DNA from: the human T2T-CHM13v2.0 reference genome, Homo sapiens
Length of the DNA stretch: 64,000 nucleotides
Assembly: GCF_009914755.1 (NCBI RefSeq)
Contig: NC_060928.1
Direction: 5' to 3' (one strand)
A program made the translations under genes and the position numbers. The stretch's first letter is position 1, and each line of letters begins with the position of its first letter. Positions 14,134-27,176 of the stretch are shown here, piece after piece. Under the pieces are notes generated by a model. The model was not told the DNA's origin and did not search any database. It saw only the letters and a program-made list of their open reading frames with translations.

Positions 14134-14631
14134 AAAAGAATGAGATTCTGTCGTTTGTAACAACATGGTTAGAACTGGAGGACATTATGTTAAGTGGAAT
14201 ATGCCAGGCAGAAAAAGATAAACTTCATGTGTTCTCACTCATTTATGGGAGCTAAAAATTAAAACAACTGAAATCATGGAGATAGAGAGTGGAATAATAG
14301 TTACCAGAGGCTGGTAATGGTAGTGAAGGCCTGGAGGTAGGAAAGTGGGGATGGTTTAATGAGCACCAAAAAAAAAAAAAATTAAAAAAATGAATAAGAT
14401 ACAATATGACAGCACAACAGGGTGGCTATAGTCAATAATAATTTAAGTGTACATTTTAAAATAACCAAAGAATTTAATTGGATTGTTTGTAACACAAAAG
14501 ACAAGTGCTTGAGGTGATGGATGCTCCATTTGGCCTAATGTGACTATTACACATTGTATGCCTGTATTACAATATTTTCTTTATCCCGTAATATGTACAT
14601 CTAATATGTACCCACAAAAATTACAAATAAA
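14134..14631 (+). mobile_element. L1MA2-4-like 3' end
   Basis: aaagaatgagattctgtcgtttgtaacaacatgg...gttaccagaggctgg...tgcttgaggtgatggatg...tatgtacccacaaaaatt. Confidence 0.85.
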
Positions 14632-14705
14632 GAAGAGTGGAAATTATATGTAAAGTACTAATGGATAATTAAACACCACTACATCTTGTGAGTTTCATTC
14701 ACACG

Positions 14706-14880
14706 CTGCTATAGACTAAATGGCTGTGTTTCCTTAAAATTCACCTGTTGAAACTTAATCACCAATGTGATGTTATTTGGCATTGGGACATTTGGGAGGT
14801 GATTAGGTCATGTGATGGGAGCCCTCATAAAATGGAATTAGTGCCCTTATAAAAGAGACTCCACGGAGCTCCCTTGCCTT
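14706..14880 (+). mobile_element. MLT1A-family (ERVL-MaLR) LTR, 5' half
   Basis: gctatagactaaatggctgtgtttccttaaaattca...tttgggaggtgattaggtcatg...ggaattagtgcccttataaaagagac. Confidence 0.8.
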
Positions 14881-15479
14881 GCAGCATTTGAAAAATGCAA
14901 GACTAAATATGAGATTGCAAACCTTTTTGTATATTTATGACACTTTTCATATAATAATTATACATGTAGAGTAGCCATTTAGAATGTATTTAAACTCCAT
15001 GTGGGACAAATCTCTTTTTACATATGTTGATAATTAGCCATACTTTTGATTGATTGAAAAATAGCTAACCTATTGTATATATAGCTTTTGCCATGTGAAG
15101 ACACATGATTCTTAATTTGTCTTGTTAGTTAAAATAGTTCTTCGACAAAGTGATGGTAAGATCTTATATTTTCATATGTGGTTTATTCTTTGATTTCTTA
15201 AGATAAATATTTCAGTCATTTATTTTCAGTCTTTTCATTTTTAATAACAAAGTTTATATGGTAAAAAATCTGGGGGGAGAAAATTTAGAAGTGTTTCAGC
15301 ACTTTACAGTGAAATAATTTTATTATTTTCTACATAGTTGACCATTTGAATTTTATATTTTTTATTTCTAAATTTTAAGTTGCTAGCTTGGAATTGTAAG
15401 CATTATCCATTCTGGATTCCCTCTTGTTGTGCCATGGCCAATGTGGGCCACAGAAGTAAATATACTACATCTTGCTCCC

Positions 15480-15625
15480 AGGGCCAGCTACATAGGCATG
15501 CAACTTGTGTAGCTGCAAAGACTCCATCCTCAGAAAAACCTCATGTTTTATTTAATGCTCAGCTGTTTGTTACTGTCTTTAAATTCCTAATATTTTTTAA
15601 GAGGGTACAAATTTTTATTTGAGAG
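15480..15625. mobile_element. MER53-like hAT MITE, degenerate
   Basis: agggccagctacataggcatgcaacttgtgtagctgca...ctcagaa...tttaatgctc...gtctttaaattcctaata. Confidence 0.6.
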
Positions 15626-17714
15626 GCCTAATACTTTAGTTTTCATTAGAAATTTGCCAATCTGCTTGAATTCCTCATGTTCTTTGAACTAAATGATCCT
15701 TGTAACATGTTTAAAGGGAGACATAGTACCAGCCACAACTCTTACTTCCTCATTGAGTTGTCTCCTTGCTAGCAAAGATCTATGCATCCCATAATCACAA
15801 CATAAAATATTAATTGACAATCAACTGGTATAGGATATCAAGGAAGCATTCCATATTTTTTTCTCAGTTTTTGTTAAAACACGCAAATACTCAAACACCT
15901 TTCAGTTGCTCCATAGTTGCACTCATATTAGCTTCATTGGTTCTAAAATCGTATAATTTCTTTATGCAAATTAATGTTATGCAAATGTTGTTGAGTCTCT
16001 GGTGTAACCTAACTGACTTGCCATTTGACCTTTAAGGTTTGCTCTCAATCCAAATATAGTTATAAGTGCATGTGCAAAATAAATATTTTCATTATATCAA
16101 TGTACTCTATATTAACTTACACAGTTAACTATTTTGGTTTAAAAGTCACTTTTATTAGAATCCTATGACTGTTTCCACAGAGCCATCTTGATTAAAGAAA
16201 ATGTAATGATGAAATGTATGATGAACAGAAATTAGATATCAAGATAAATGACTCATATACCTTCATTTATTTGCCCTTTGTGATATTTGCTTTTTCAAAA
16301 AAAAATTATGCAGAAAAGTAACCTAAAAATAATTAGAAATGCATTCTGGATGTCCACTATTTAGAGTATCAGCAAACCCTTAAAATAAGGCAAGAAATAT
16401 GTTTCAATGAGATATCAAAATTGCAAGTTATGTAGTAACTAATCTGTGAATTACTTGGTAATATCAAGTATAATTATCAAGTAATTTGTGGGAACATGTA
16501 ATTCTCCTGTAATTATAGAGCTATTACAGATGCCCTACAAAATAGGACGCTAGTACAGCCTTACCAATCTAGAATCATTTAGCCTTCTTTTAACATTCAC
16601 TGACTGTGATATTCATGAATGAAACATCTGACTTCTAAGTGAAAAGCTCCAGATGCATTTATGTACAATAGCTATTCTTTCAATCAAAAATATGGCTTAT
16701 TCTCATCATATGTAAAAAGAGATTCCTCCCACCGTTGATTATAAAAACATTCTAAATGGCTACTCTGCATGTATAATTATTATATGAAAAATGCCATAAA
16801 TATACAAAAAGATTTGCAATCTCATATTTAGCCTTTCCTTTTTTCAGACAAACTCTGCTTTGTGTACACTCTTACAATTTTCCTTTATCAAATAATATTT
16901 GGGACTGGGTGACCTGGTATATTTTGACAGATATCTGCAAATAAATGAATATATTTTCAGAAAGTGCTTTTCATGAAACAGGCACTAATGTAACATGATT
17001 TTAAAGTTATAGCATTTGAAGGCTTTTTTAAAAGTAAATATAAGATTTATTCTCTAGTATTTATTTTATTTTTCTGCTACCTTTTCACTGACAGTATAGC
17101 CTATTATAGTCCTTGGCATTTTATGGAGGAAACAGTTATAACCTCTCACTTCATAGGGCCCAAGTCTCATCCTTTATTTCTATGTCTGGGCATGAAAATG
17201 AAAGGACTGTGGTTACTGAGCCTGGAAGCCACCAGCATCACCTAAGAAGACCATAAAGTCAGGTTATGTTCTTTTTGCTTAAATTCTCAATTCTTTCTTC
17301 TTTGGCTAATAGGAATTTTACTTATTTTCCTGGGAGCTCAAATATCGATTTCAAAGGTGATTCAGGTTATAGGATCTGCTGCACTGCCAGAAATAATAGA
17401 AGCTTCTATATTGATCCTCTACAGTTAAATGGAATACAAAAACAAGTACATGGTATATAGTTTTTAAAAACTCTCAAACCCAATTGGTTCCCTGATCTAT
17501 AATTATTAATGAACTAGAATCTTCTTAAACTTTCAAAATTTTAACCTAATCTAGAGCATTTGGTTAAGAAACAACTTGTTTTTTATATTTCTTTCAAAAA
17601 TCAAATTTTATTTCAGAAACTCTGCTAGAGTTTTGAAAAGCTGATTCTAAAAATACTCAAGGAAATGGTATTATTTACCATGAAAAAGTACCATGTATGT
17701 ATTTTTCACCACTT

Positions 17715-17933
17715 TGCTGGTACGTAATTAAATATAGATTACAAATCAACTATTTAGGTCACTACTATTTAATTAAAGACTATTGAAAGTACCATTTATG
17801 AATTGTTCACCTCTTGAACTATTCGTACACCTTTTTAAGAGCTACACAATTCATAAATGGTACTTTCAATAGTCTTTAACTTGTAGTGACCTAAATAGTT
17901 CATTTGTAGTCTATATTTATTTAAATACCAGCA
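17715..17933. repeat. Long inverted repeat (arms 17715-17806 and 17846-17933, 39-nt spacer)
   Basis: 34-bp perfect core ttaaagactattgaaagtaccatttatgaattgt / acaattcataaatggtactttcaatagtctttaa, an 18-bp perfect block (17748-17765 / 17883-17900), and outer pairing out to tgctggta / taccagca. Confidence 0.95.
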
Positions 17934-18864
17934 GTCTCCATTTTAAACATTTTTAATGGATACTTAAAAATTTTAGTTCTATTTTAACTAAAATTGTCAT
18001 TATTTTTGAATTTCAGTTTATATGATGTTAGATCAGTGAAGTAAACTGTAAGACTTGCTCATAACTATGATATTTAGCAAGTGGATAAAATAGTTACAAA
18101 GATGTTATTTGTCCCTTTTCTTTTACAGGATTAAGGAAACTGAAGACAAATCATTTGTTCAATAAAACAGGTCAGTGATGACGCTAGATGTCATGTATGC
18201 TTTTTAACCTCCCACTCATTTTTCTTTCTACTCTGTGAAGCTGCTTCGAATCCTCAGCTTTACTGGAGATTATTTAAGCTATTAGTAAGAGAAACAGAAG
18301 ATTAAGAAGAACAGAAACACTTTAGGATAATATCAGCTAGCCATAAATAAAGTATTATGATCATTTTCTATGCTTTTTAAAAATATTTAGCACATATTTA
18401 GAGTTCATTAAAATTTATTTTACATAGAAAAGTTCCAGGATTGAATTACCTACCTTTCCACATTTAGGAAGAGTAAGACTACACATATCCAATATAGAAA
18501 ATTAAATCAGATACTATCTATCCAAATTAAATTTAAAAATAAATAAATACTTAAACTACGGATATAAAATGATGGAAAAGAAAAGAGCTTAAAAGTCTTG
18601 AAATGCAAAATGTTAAGTATCTGATTGTCATTACTTTACAACAGAGTTTCTTTTCAACTACAGTAAAATGTAAAATAACAAATTGTATTTAATATAATTT
18701 TCTAGTATCAGAAAATATTTGTTTAAAATATATATACAGTTTATATTCTATTTATTTTTTGCTAGAGTTCATACATTTTTACATAAAGTTGATATCATGT
18801 TATTTGTCACATTTTTCAAATTATTAGCCTAATGAAGTGAAGAGTGTGTTACATTGAAAATAAA

Positions 18865-19040
18865 GATGGCTGGATTCTTGCTCTAGTTCAGAAACTAAGC
18901 ATGCATATGACTTTTGAGAAGCTATTTAACCTATCCTTTCTTTCATTTCTGCAAAACAACTCTTATGCCTACCCCATACCATTTGAAAAATGATAAAATT
19001 GTACTAAATGACCTATAAGGTCTTAGATCTAATATGCTAT
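18865..19040 (+). mobile_element. MIR fragment
   Basis: ctggattcttgctctagttc...tatgacttttgagaagctatttaacct...ctaaatgacctataaggtc. Confidence 0.5.
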
Positions 19041-19390
19041 AATTTTAATGCATGTGCTTGCAATACATTTCTACACAGCTAAGATACATTTGTATTCAGT
19101 GTGTTACAAGGTTCCCAATTCTTATTTATAAGACATGGAATCAGGGTAATGTACTGTGGCATGAAATACATAATAAATACATGAATGAATAATGCAGAGT
19201 CCTTGATCCTTAACCCTTGCCAACATCGCTCATTAATTGAATGGCTAATTTTGAAGTAAGCAACAACTACAGTATCTGCTTCATTCCATTTAACTTTTAA
19301 ATGAAGAGGCTCCTACTGTGAACTTAAAATATAGTAATTTATATCTGAAACAAAGCACTCTGTCCACAACCCTCAAATCTTACTTTTTTA

Positions 19391-19500
19391 TTTTGTACTG
19401 ATATGTTCATTTTGGGGAAATTTCTATTCAATTCTTACTACTTATTTTTGTACTGATATGTTCATTTTGGGGAAATTTCTATTCAATTCTTACTACTTAT
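19391..19500. repeat. Perfect 55-bp tandem duplication
   Basis: ttttgtactgatatgttcattttggggaaatttctattcaattcttactacttat at 19391-19445 and again at 19446-19500. Confidence 0.95.
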
Positions 19501-20199
19501 TTTCACCTATTACACAAACCAGTAACATTAAAAAAGGGAATGCTTATTAGTGAAACATACAAATGTTCTCCCAAAGTAAAGAATAAATATAGTAGAATAA
19601 ATTTATATAAATAATATAGTCTCTGAGTTTGAGTAGTTAAGAAATATACACTTTGATTTAAGAAAAAGCTTAATCAATAAAAGACATTCACAAATGCGTT
19701 AATACTGGGGTATTTACAGATTATGCAATTTACTTTCTCATTGAAGGCAGACTATGCAATTTAAATTCTTAGCTGAACCTCATGAGTTATGGCTTTACCC
19801 TCTTTCTCCCTCTATTTCACCCACACAAATATACAATCTATAAAGCAAAGCCACATCATTTCACAGAGCAATGATTCACTTCGTATTCCAAGATGAAACC
19901 ACTTTGAGACTCTCTGATTGGAGTTGAGCTTCTTTTAATATATTAAAATATCAATTAAAGAGTAGAGTGACTATTTTGAAATTCCCACCAAAATATTCAG
20001 CCAGAAAAAAATATCAATTGGAATAATTCATTTAAAAGTAACTAATGAAAATAACTTTTCTCCTATTTCTAAATTTTTGTCTTTTTATTGTTTAGTTCTA
20101 GTAATTTTTATATAAGCTAAATGTAAGTATTCTATCTGATCAATATTTTATTATTCATCACAATCTGTAGTTTGACTACCTATTTTCTCACTGTTGTCT

Positions 20200-23100
20200 T
20201 TTTTAAATAAGCTTTTTAGGTTGAAATAGTTTTAGATTCACAGAAAATATCCAAAATTAGAACAAAGAGTTCCCATGTACCTTGAATCAAGTTTCTCCTA
20301 TTATTAACATCTCATATTATGGTATATTTGTTAACAATTTATGAACCAATATTGATACATTATTATTCACTAAAAACTATACTTTACTCACATTTTCTTA
20401 ATTTTTACTTAATATCCTTTTTCTTGTCAAGGATCCCATTTAGGATTTCATACCTCATTTGGTTATTATTTCTGTAAGACAAGGCTCCTCTTGACTGTGA
20501 CAGTTCTGCAGACCTTTCTTGTATTTGATAACCTTGATAGTTTTGAAGAGTACTGCTCATGGATTGTGTAGCATGCCCCTCAATTGGGATTCATCTGATA
20601 GTTTTCTCATGATTCATTGTGTTATGGATTTTTGAAAGAAAATCTACAAAGGTAAAGTGCCATTTTATCCCATCATATCAAGGATACACACTGTCAACAT
20701 GACTTATCATTATTGATGTTGACCTTGATCATCTGGCTCAGGTAGTATTTGTCAGGTTTCTCCACTGTGTTCTTGTACTCTTTGAAAGGAAATAACTATG
20801 TCCAGCCCAGACTTTAGGACTGAACTCTTATGATGGCAGTCTACATAACTTATTCGGAATTTTTATATACTGGAGATTTGTCTCATCTCCCCAATTTATT
20901 TATTTGTTCAATTATTTATTTATGTCAGTATTATTCGTGGATATTCATTTTATAGTTTAGGTTTCAATCAAATACTACTTTATTTTGTTTCCAAATTATT
21001 ATAGCTTTAGCCGTTGGGAGCTCTTTAAATTGGTTACCCTCTGTCTTTGACATACTGGCATCATTATGGGATCTGTAGTTGTTTATTTATGTATTTATCA
21101 GCTCATCCTTAGTTTCTGGCACTAAAAGATTCCCTAGGCTCATCTAGCACATTTCCTGCCCCAATCCTAAAAGCAGCCATTTCTCCAGGGACTCCTATTT
21201 CCTTTTATTTAATAATGGCACTAAAAACCAAGATCTAGGTGTTAGTTGTGCTCATTGTTACTGGGTGTCATTGCTTGTAGGCCCTTTTAGCAGACAGAAC
21301 AAGGAAATACATGGGTGTATATTAACCCATGTTTATATACAGATCTCTAAATATTTATATGTAAACAATTCATAACTACGTTAAGATAAACATGGTCTCT
21401 TGCTGACATCTCCAACACTAATTCACTACTGAAAGGTTTATTCTAGCCTCCTTACCTTGCCTATCTACAACTTTCAACTCCAGTAGTCAGAAAACTGGCT
21501 TCTACTACCCACCATCAATTTACTTATTTGTTCAACTATAACATACATGCATAGTGGTTTGTATTTTTTAACTAGTATCAATGTAAGCAGCAATTTTATT
21601 AACTAGCATACAGGGCTTTTGTAAAGTCATTTTTTGTTTTTTGTTTCATTTTTATTTTTTCTTTAGTCTAACAGATTCTATTCATTTCCAAAATTAAGTA
21701 GGTGGACGTTTTTTCACCACTCCCTTCAGTGAGGCATTTCATACATTTGTAATATAGTTAGATTTATTTCGTAGCATTCTGCATTCCACCCCGGAATTTC
21801 TAACCTCCTAATTTTTTAAAATAGAATACATTAAGGTTCACTCTGTGCTGTAAAGTTCAAGGGATTTTGACAAATGCAGAGTGTCAAGTATCAAGTATCT
21901 ACCACAGCATTATCATACAGAATCATGTCACTGCCCTAAAAAAAATCCCTGGTACTTCAGCTATTCAACCCTTCCTTCTCCTTAATCCCTAGTAACCACG
22001 GACATGTTTACCGTCACTACAGTTTTGCCTTTTAGTAATATCATGCAACTGGAATAATGCTATATGCAGCTTTTTAGACTGGCTTCTTCCACTTAGAAAT
22101 ACACACTTAATATTCATTCATGTCTTTTCTTGGCTTGATAGCTAATTTCTTATCACTAAACAGCATTCAATTTTATGCATGTACCATGTTTTGTTTATTC
22201 ATTCATATATTGAAGGGTATCTTTGTTGCTTTCAGTTTTGCCACTATAAACAAAGTTGTTATACATATTTATGTGAACGTTTTTGTATGTGTGTGGATGT
22301 AGGTTTTTAAATTAGTCAGATAAAAACCTAGATGTATAATTGCCAGATTATATGGTAATACTATGTTTAATTTACTAAGAAAATGGCAAAGTAGTTTTCA
22401 AATTAACAATGCCATTCTCACTGCAATGAATGAGAGTTCTTGTTGCTATGCATTCTTTTCAGCAATTGGTATTGACAGTTTTTTTTTTTTTTGGTTTTTA
22501 TCCATCCTAACTCATGTTTACTGATACCTTGTTCTCTTAACTTCCAATTGCCTAATGCTATAGTTGCTACTTAGTTACAGGAGATTTGCGTGTGTATGTG
22601 TGTGAGAGTGTGTGTGCATGTGTGTGTTTGTAGATTTGTTGGACTTTCTATATTGATAATCATGCTGAATAAAGACAATTTTATTTCTTCCTTCCCAATC
22701 TGTATACATTTTATTACCTTTTCTTGTCATACTCAACTAGCACATACTTCCAGTACTATGTTAAATATGCATGGTGAGAGTGAACATATTTGCCTTCTTC
22801 CTAATATTAAGGCTAGTTTCTCGCCATTAAATATGACTGTATCAGTCTGTTCTCATGCTGCTAATAAAGACATACAAGACTGGGTAATTTATAAAGTAAA
22901 AGAGGTTTAATTGACTCACACTTTCACATGGCTGAGGAAGACTCACCATAATTGCAGAAGGCAAAGGAGGTGCAAAGGCATGTCTTACATGGTGCCAGGC
23001 AAGAGGGCATGTGCAGAGGAACTACCCTTTATAAAACCATCAGATCCCGTGAGACTTATTCACTATCATGAGAACAGCACAGGAGAAATCTGCCCCCGTG

Positions 23101-23750
23101 ATTCAATTACCTCCCACTGGATCCCTCCCATGACATGTGGGAATTATTACAGTTCAAAGTGAGATTTGGGCAAGGATACAGAGCCGAACCGTATCAATGA
23201 TGTTAGCTGATTTTGTTTATTTGTTTTTGTAGCTTTCCTTTATCATGTTGATAAAGTTTTCCTCTATCCCTACTTTTCTGAGAGTTCTTAATCATGAATG
23301 GTGTATTTTTTTAATGCTTTTTCTTCCTGCATTACTTGTTATACTCACATAATTTTTCTTCTGTAGCCTGCTAATGTGGTGGATTATCCTGATAGATTTT
23401 CAAATAATGAACCATCCCTTCATTCCTGGAATAAATTCCACATGGTCACAGTGTTTAATTTTTTTGTGTGCATTGTTGGATTTAATTTGCTAATATTTTG
23501 TTGCAGATTTTTACCTCTATGCTCATGAAAGATATTTCTCTGTAGTTTTTCTTTCTTGTGATGTATTGATCTGTTTTTGGTATTAGGATAATTCTGGAAT
23601 CACAGAATAAGTTAGGAAGTTTTCTTTCTGTTACTCTTTCTAGTTTCTTTAAAAAATTTGGAGAATTTGCATCATTTCATCCATAATTATATCCTTGGAA
23701 GAATTCACAAGTGAAACCATTTGGGCCTGGTACTTTCTTTTTTGAAAGGA
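20200..23750 (-). mobile_element. L1MC (L1MC3-like) long 3'UTR plus ORF2 remnants, interrupted by a THE1 LTR
   Basis: tagttttagattcacagaaaa...gagttcccatgtacc...gatagttttgaagagtactgctca; cactgccctaaaaaaaatccct; antisense ORF2 text at 22630-22835 and 23200-23750 (cattcctggaataaattcccacatggtc, gtgaaaccatttgggcctgg). Confidence 0.8.
22838..23196 (-). mobile_element. THE1 (THE1C-like) ERVL-MaLR solo LTR
   Basis: tgtatcagtctgttctcatgctgctaataaagacatac...ttataaaaccatcagatc...gagccgaaccgtatca. TG...CA ends with a 5-bp TSD atgac/atgat. Confidence 0.92.
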
Positions 23751-24889
23751 ATAAATTTAATATTCTAAAAAAAAGATATGTCTTTTCAGATTCTTAATCA
23801 TTTTTGTTTGATCTCTATTCTAATTCCCCTTCAGCTATATTTTTTTCAAATGTTTTACTTTGACTTCAAGACACTTTTTCAGGTGAGGTACTTTTAAATT
23901 ACAAAAAAAGAAATTGCTAATCTTAAACAAAAACAGTAAGTGCACAATATTCTGAGTTTCTGCATTTACTAAAAGTGTTGTTTACATTAATAACTGAAAC
24001 TGTTGCTTTATACTTAGAAGTGCTTTTACTGAAAATGTATCTGGAGATTAAAGAAAGGCATATTAGGTATATTATTATAAAATGTAGATAATATAATGTT
24101 TTAAAATAAATTTTTCCTATTTTATTTGCTTTTCAGATACCATGTGTACTAATATTTTGAAACTTATAGTGATATTTATAAACAATGCTATTGAAGTTAT
24201 TGATAGAAAACTGACTCTACTATTACCATTGACTATGGGAGCTATCCAATTCTCTAATTTTATTTTTAAAATATTTACAGACTCCAATAGGAGCATAACA
24301 TTATTATTATCTGACTACACATTTAAATTTTAGAACATTTCCTGAGAATTTTTATGTAAGAACTTGCATAGTTTATTTTGGAAAATGTAATTTATACAAT
24401 CAAATAGTATATACATTGTGGCTGCAAATGTGTAGGTTTAACAAATTTCAATGTGCTCTTCTAAATTCCCTAGTTCCTTCTTCTACTAGGTTTGGCCATT
24501 ATGAGTATAATCAATAAAGTTTGAAGCAAAGTGATTCACATAACTTTAAATGTAGTTAATGTCCAGTATGCCTTCTCTGTTTACTCTTCCCTTATTACAG
24601 GGACCTTAAAGTTCAGCTATTGCAGACATTGCCACAAGTTGCATGTCAAGATGACTTATTCTAATATATCTTATTATAGCCTTACCCAAACAAATATATT
24701 CATGCACTTATTTAAGTATGATTTTGCAGATACAGTTAATTTTTTATTATTCATTACACTAATGTTTTACAAATTCATCCGCAAATCCTGAATTAGCAGA
24801 CACTGAAACACTGTTTCTAGGAGAAATGTGTATGTGTACACATATATGTCACATAGATTATAATCTTAAATCCCAAAAACCAGGTCATC

Positions 24890-25020
24890 CTAATAGCTTC
24901 TATTTTATTTATCTTACAGAAGAGAAAAGTAAATTCAGAAGTGTTAGGTGACTTACCTGAGACTACCCAACTACCAGATGACAAATTTCTATCTGGCCTT
25001 TCAACTGACTCCAGAGTGAA
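24890..25020 (-). mobile_element. MIR fragment
   Basis: ttacagaagagaaaagtaaattcagaagtgttaggtgacttacctgagactacccaacta...ctgactccagag. Confidence 0.6.
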
Positions 25021-25329
25021 GCTTCTTGGATTAGGATGCACTGCCCCCTACCATCCTCTTATCATCACTGTGTGAGAATTAAAACAAGAAGGCAGAGCAT
25101 CCACCCTTATGGAAGCAGCACATCTGGCCACTCACCTGTTTCCGTTAACTGAGAGAATGACTGCAAAAGCTCAGTGAGCATGGACTTGGGGGTTAAGAAT
25201 AACAGTGAGTAGGTGAATTCACACACATGGAATCCACAAATAACGAGAATCAAGCATATGTCCATCTTGATTTGACCAAAAAAAATGGATGTTTAATTTT
25301 TAAAAATGTATATGACCATGACTACCACT

Positions 25330-25480
25330 CATTTTTAAGTAACTATTTACTGATTTATTATATGAGTCAGACTCTATGCTAAATTTTACAGATATGGGAT
25401 GAAGGAATGGCTTTTCCTCTCAGGAGCTCTTGATTGAGTAGAGAGAAAGTCATACAAGAAGTAACCATGCAATGTCATAA
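25330..25480 (-). mobile_element. L2 3' fragment
   Basis: tatttactgatttattatatgagtcagactctatgcta...cctctcaggagctc. Confidence 0.45.
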
Positions 25481-25709
25481 GTACATGCTTCAGTTAGGGT
25501 AATATTAGCTATAAAAGACTTAAAACTCAACTCAAATTAATTTTAACCATACTGGAATGTATTGCTTTATATCATTAAACATATCTTGAAAAAGTTTACT
25601 TTGAAAGCATGGTTTGATCATATTTTTGTTTATATTTCTTGTGATTTGTGTACCTCTCCCTTCTGTTGTATCTTCACTCAATCCTAAGGATAGCTTGCTT
25701 TTTGGTAGC

Positions 25710-25803
25710 AAAATTTCTAGGGCAGCTGAAGTCTCACATCTACACTCCAAACTATTGAAAGTTTGGCGTGTAAACATGAGACTTCAGATGCCCTAGAAAT
25801 TTT
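25710..25803. repeat. Inverted repeat / pre-miRNA-sized hairpin (44-bp arms, 6-nt loop)
   Basis: aaaatttctagggcagctgaagtctcacatctacactccaaact-attgaa-agtttggcgtgtaaacatgagacttcagatgccctagaaatttt; 39 of 44 positions pair Watson-Crick. Confidence 0.95.
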
Positions 25804-27176
25804 TTTTCTCCCATGCCTTGAATTAAAAATGTCTTGAGCTGCAATTTGCCTGTTCTTTTCTACACTGTCCTGTGCGCGCTGAAAAATATGGCCTCCTTGC
25901 TTCCTCACCTTCAAGCCCTACATTCAGAAAAACACCAAATTTAACCTGATTATCACTACGCCTCATACTGTGACCTGAAATGTCTCTTCAAGCATTAAGA
26001 TGTTACCATCACAGCAATTACAGTCACCAGAGTATTTAGATGGTTCTGAATGCATTATGCAAATTAGGGCCCATCCTGGGAGATAAGGGTGGTGTTATTC
26101 ACAGCCAACACATTAGTGAAACGCATTGCATAAAGTTAGAGTGATGCCAGCCACATGCAATCACAAAGTCCTTCTATTATTATATTATACAAATAGGTAT
26201 AAACTAATAAAATAGAGGAGTACAAATAATTCTGTTTTGAAAACTTTACATTGGTTATTTTTTAAATGTTGTAGCAACAAGGATGTTACATGCAGGATGA
26301 ATGCTATCAAATGGAGAAAGAAGAAAGGAATTGAATATAGGAAGGAATATGGGAGGGTCTCAGTTGCACTTGTAAAATTATAATATTATGTGAAAAAAAT
26401 AATAAAAGTTCATACTTTAGACAGTTATTTATAAAGTTTGCAAAAACATTGAAAAGATTTATTGAATACTATTTTATTCTGTTATGGTTTTGACTTGTTC
26501 CTTATTAAGTTTAGAAATGATATTAAGAACTAGGCATGGTATTTCAGTGAAGTGCAATGAGTGTGTTAAGATGATCTATAAGATAAAGTGTGAGAATATG
26601 CCTACAATGTTGTTAAATTGAGCTCATTTAGTCATTTATCTTATTGCTTGCATGAAATAGAGATAGATTAAAAGGTGGTAACAACTAACGTATTTTAAAG
26701 AGCTATTATAAAAATTTAAACAGAAGGAATAGGGACAATATAAGGGCATAATGATGAAATATCTCCAAATTCCAGTAGACTATTTCTGGACAGTGAGAAC
26801 ATTGTAGACTATAATAAACCTAATAGAACTTTTTATTTCATTCTTCCTAGTTCATTTTCTTTATTAAGTTTGCAATTCATATAGGCAACTAGTCTTTTTT
26901 TTTAACAGTACTAATGCGTCCATCTGGTATATTATACGACCATAATCTTCCCCAAGATTGGAAAATAGACTGTTGCTTTAAGACCAGCAAATTTTAAATA
27001 TTAAGCAAGCAGTAGTGGCAATTCTAAAACCAAAGTAATGAAAACAGTAGAAATTGCCCATTTGCTGTTATATATATATCCTGACTTTTCTCCAGACGTT
27101 TTGAAGATAACTAACAGATCAATGGGAATTTTCAAAAGTAAAATTGTCAAAAAACTTTCTTCAGGAAATTATCTTG

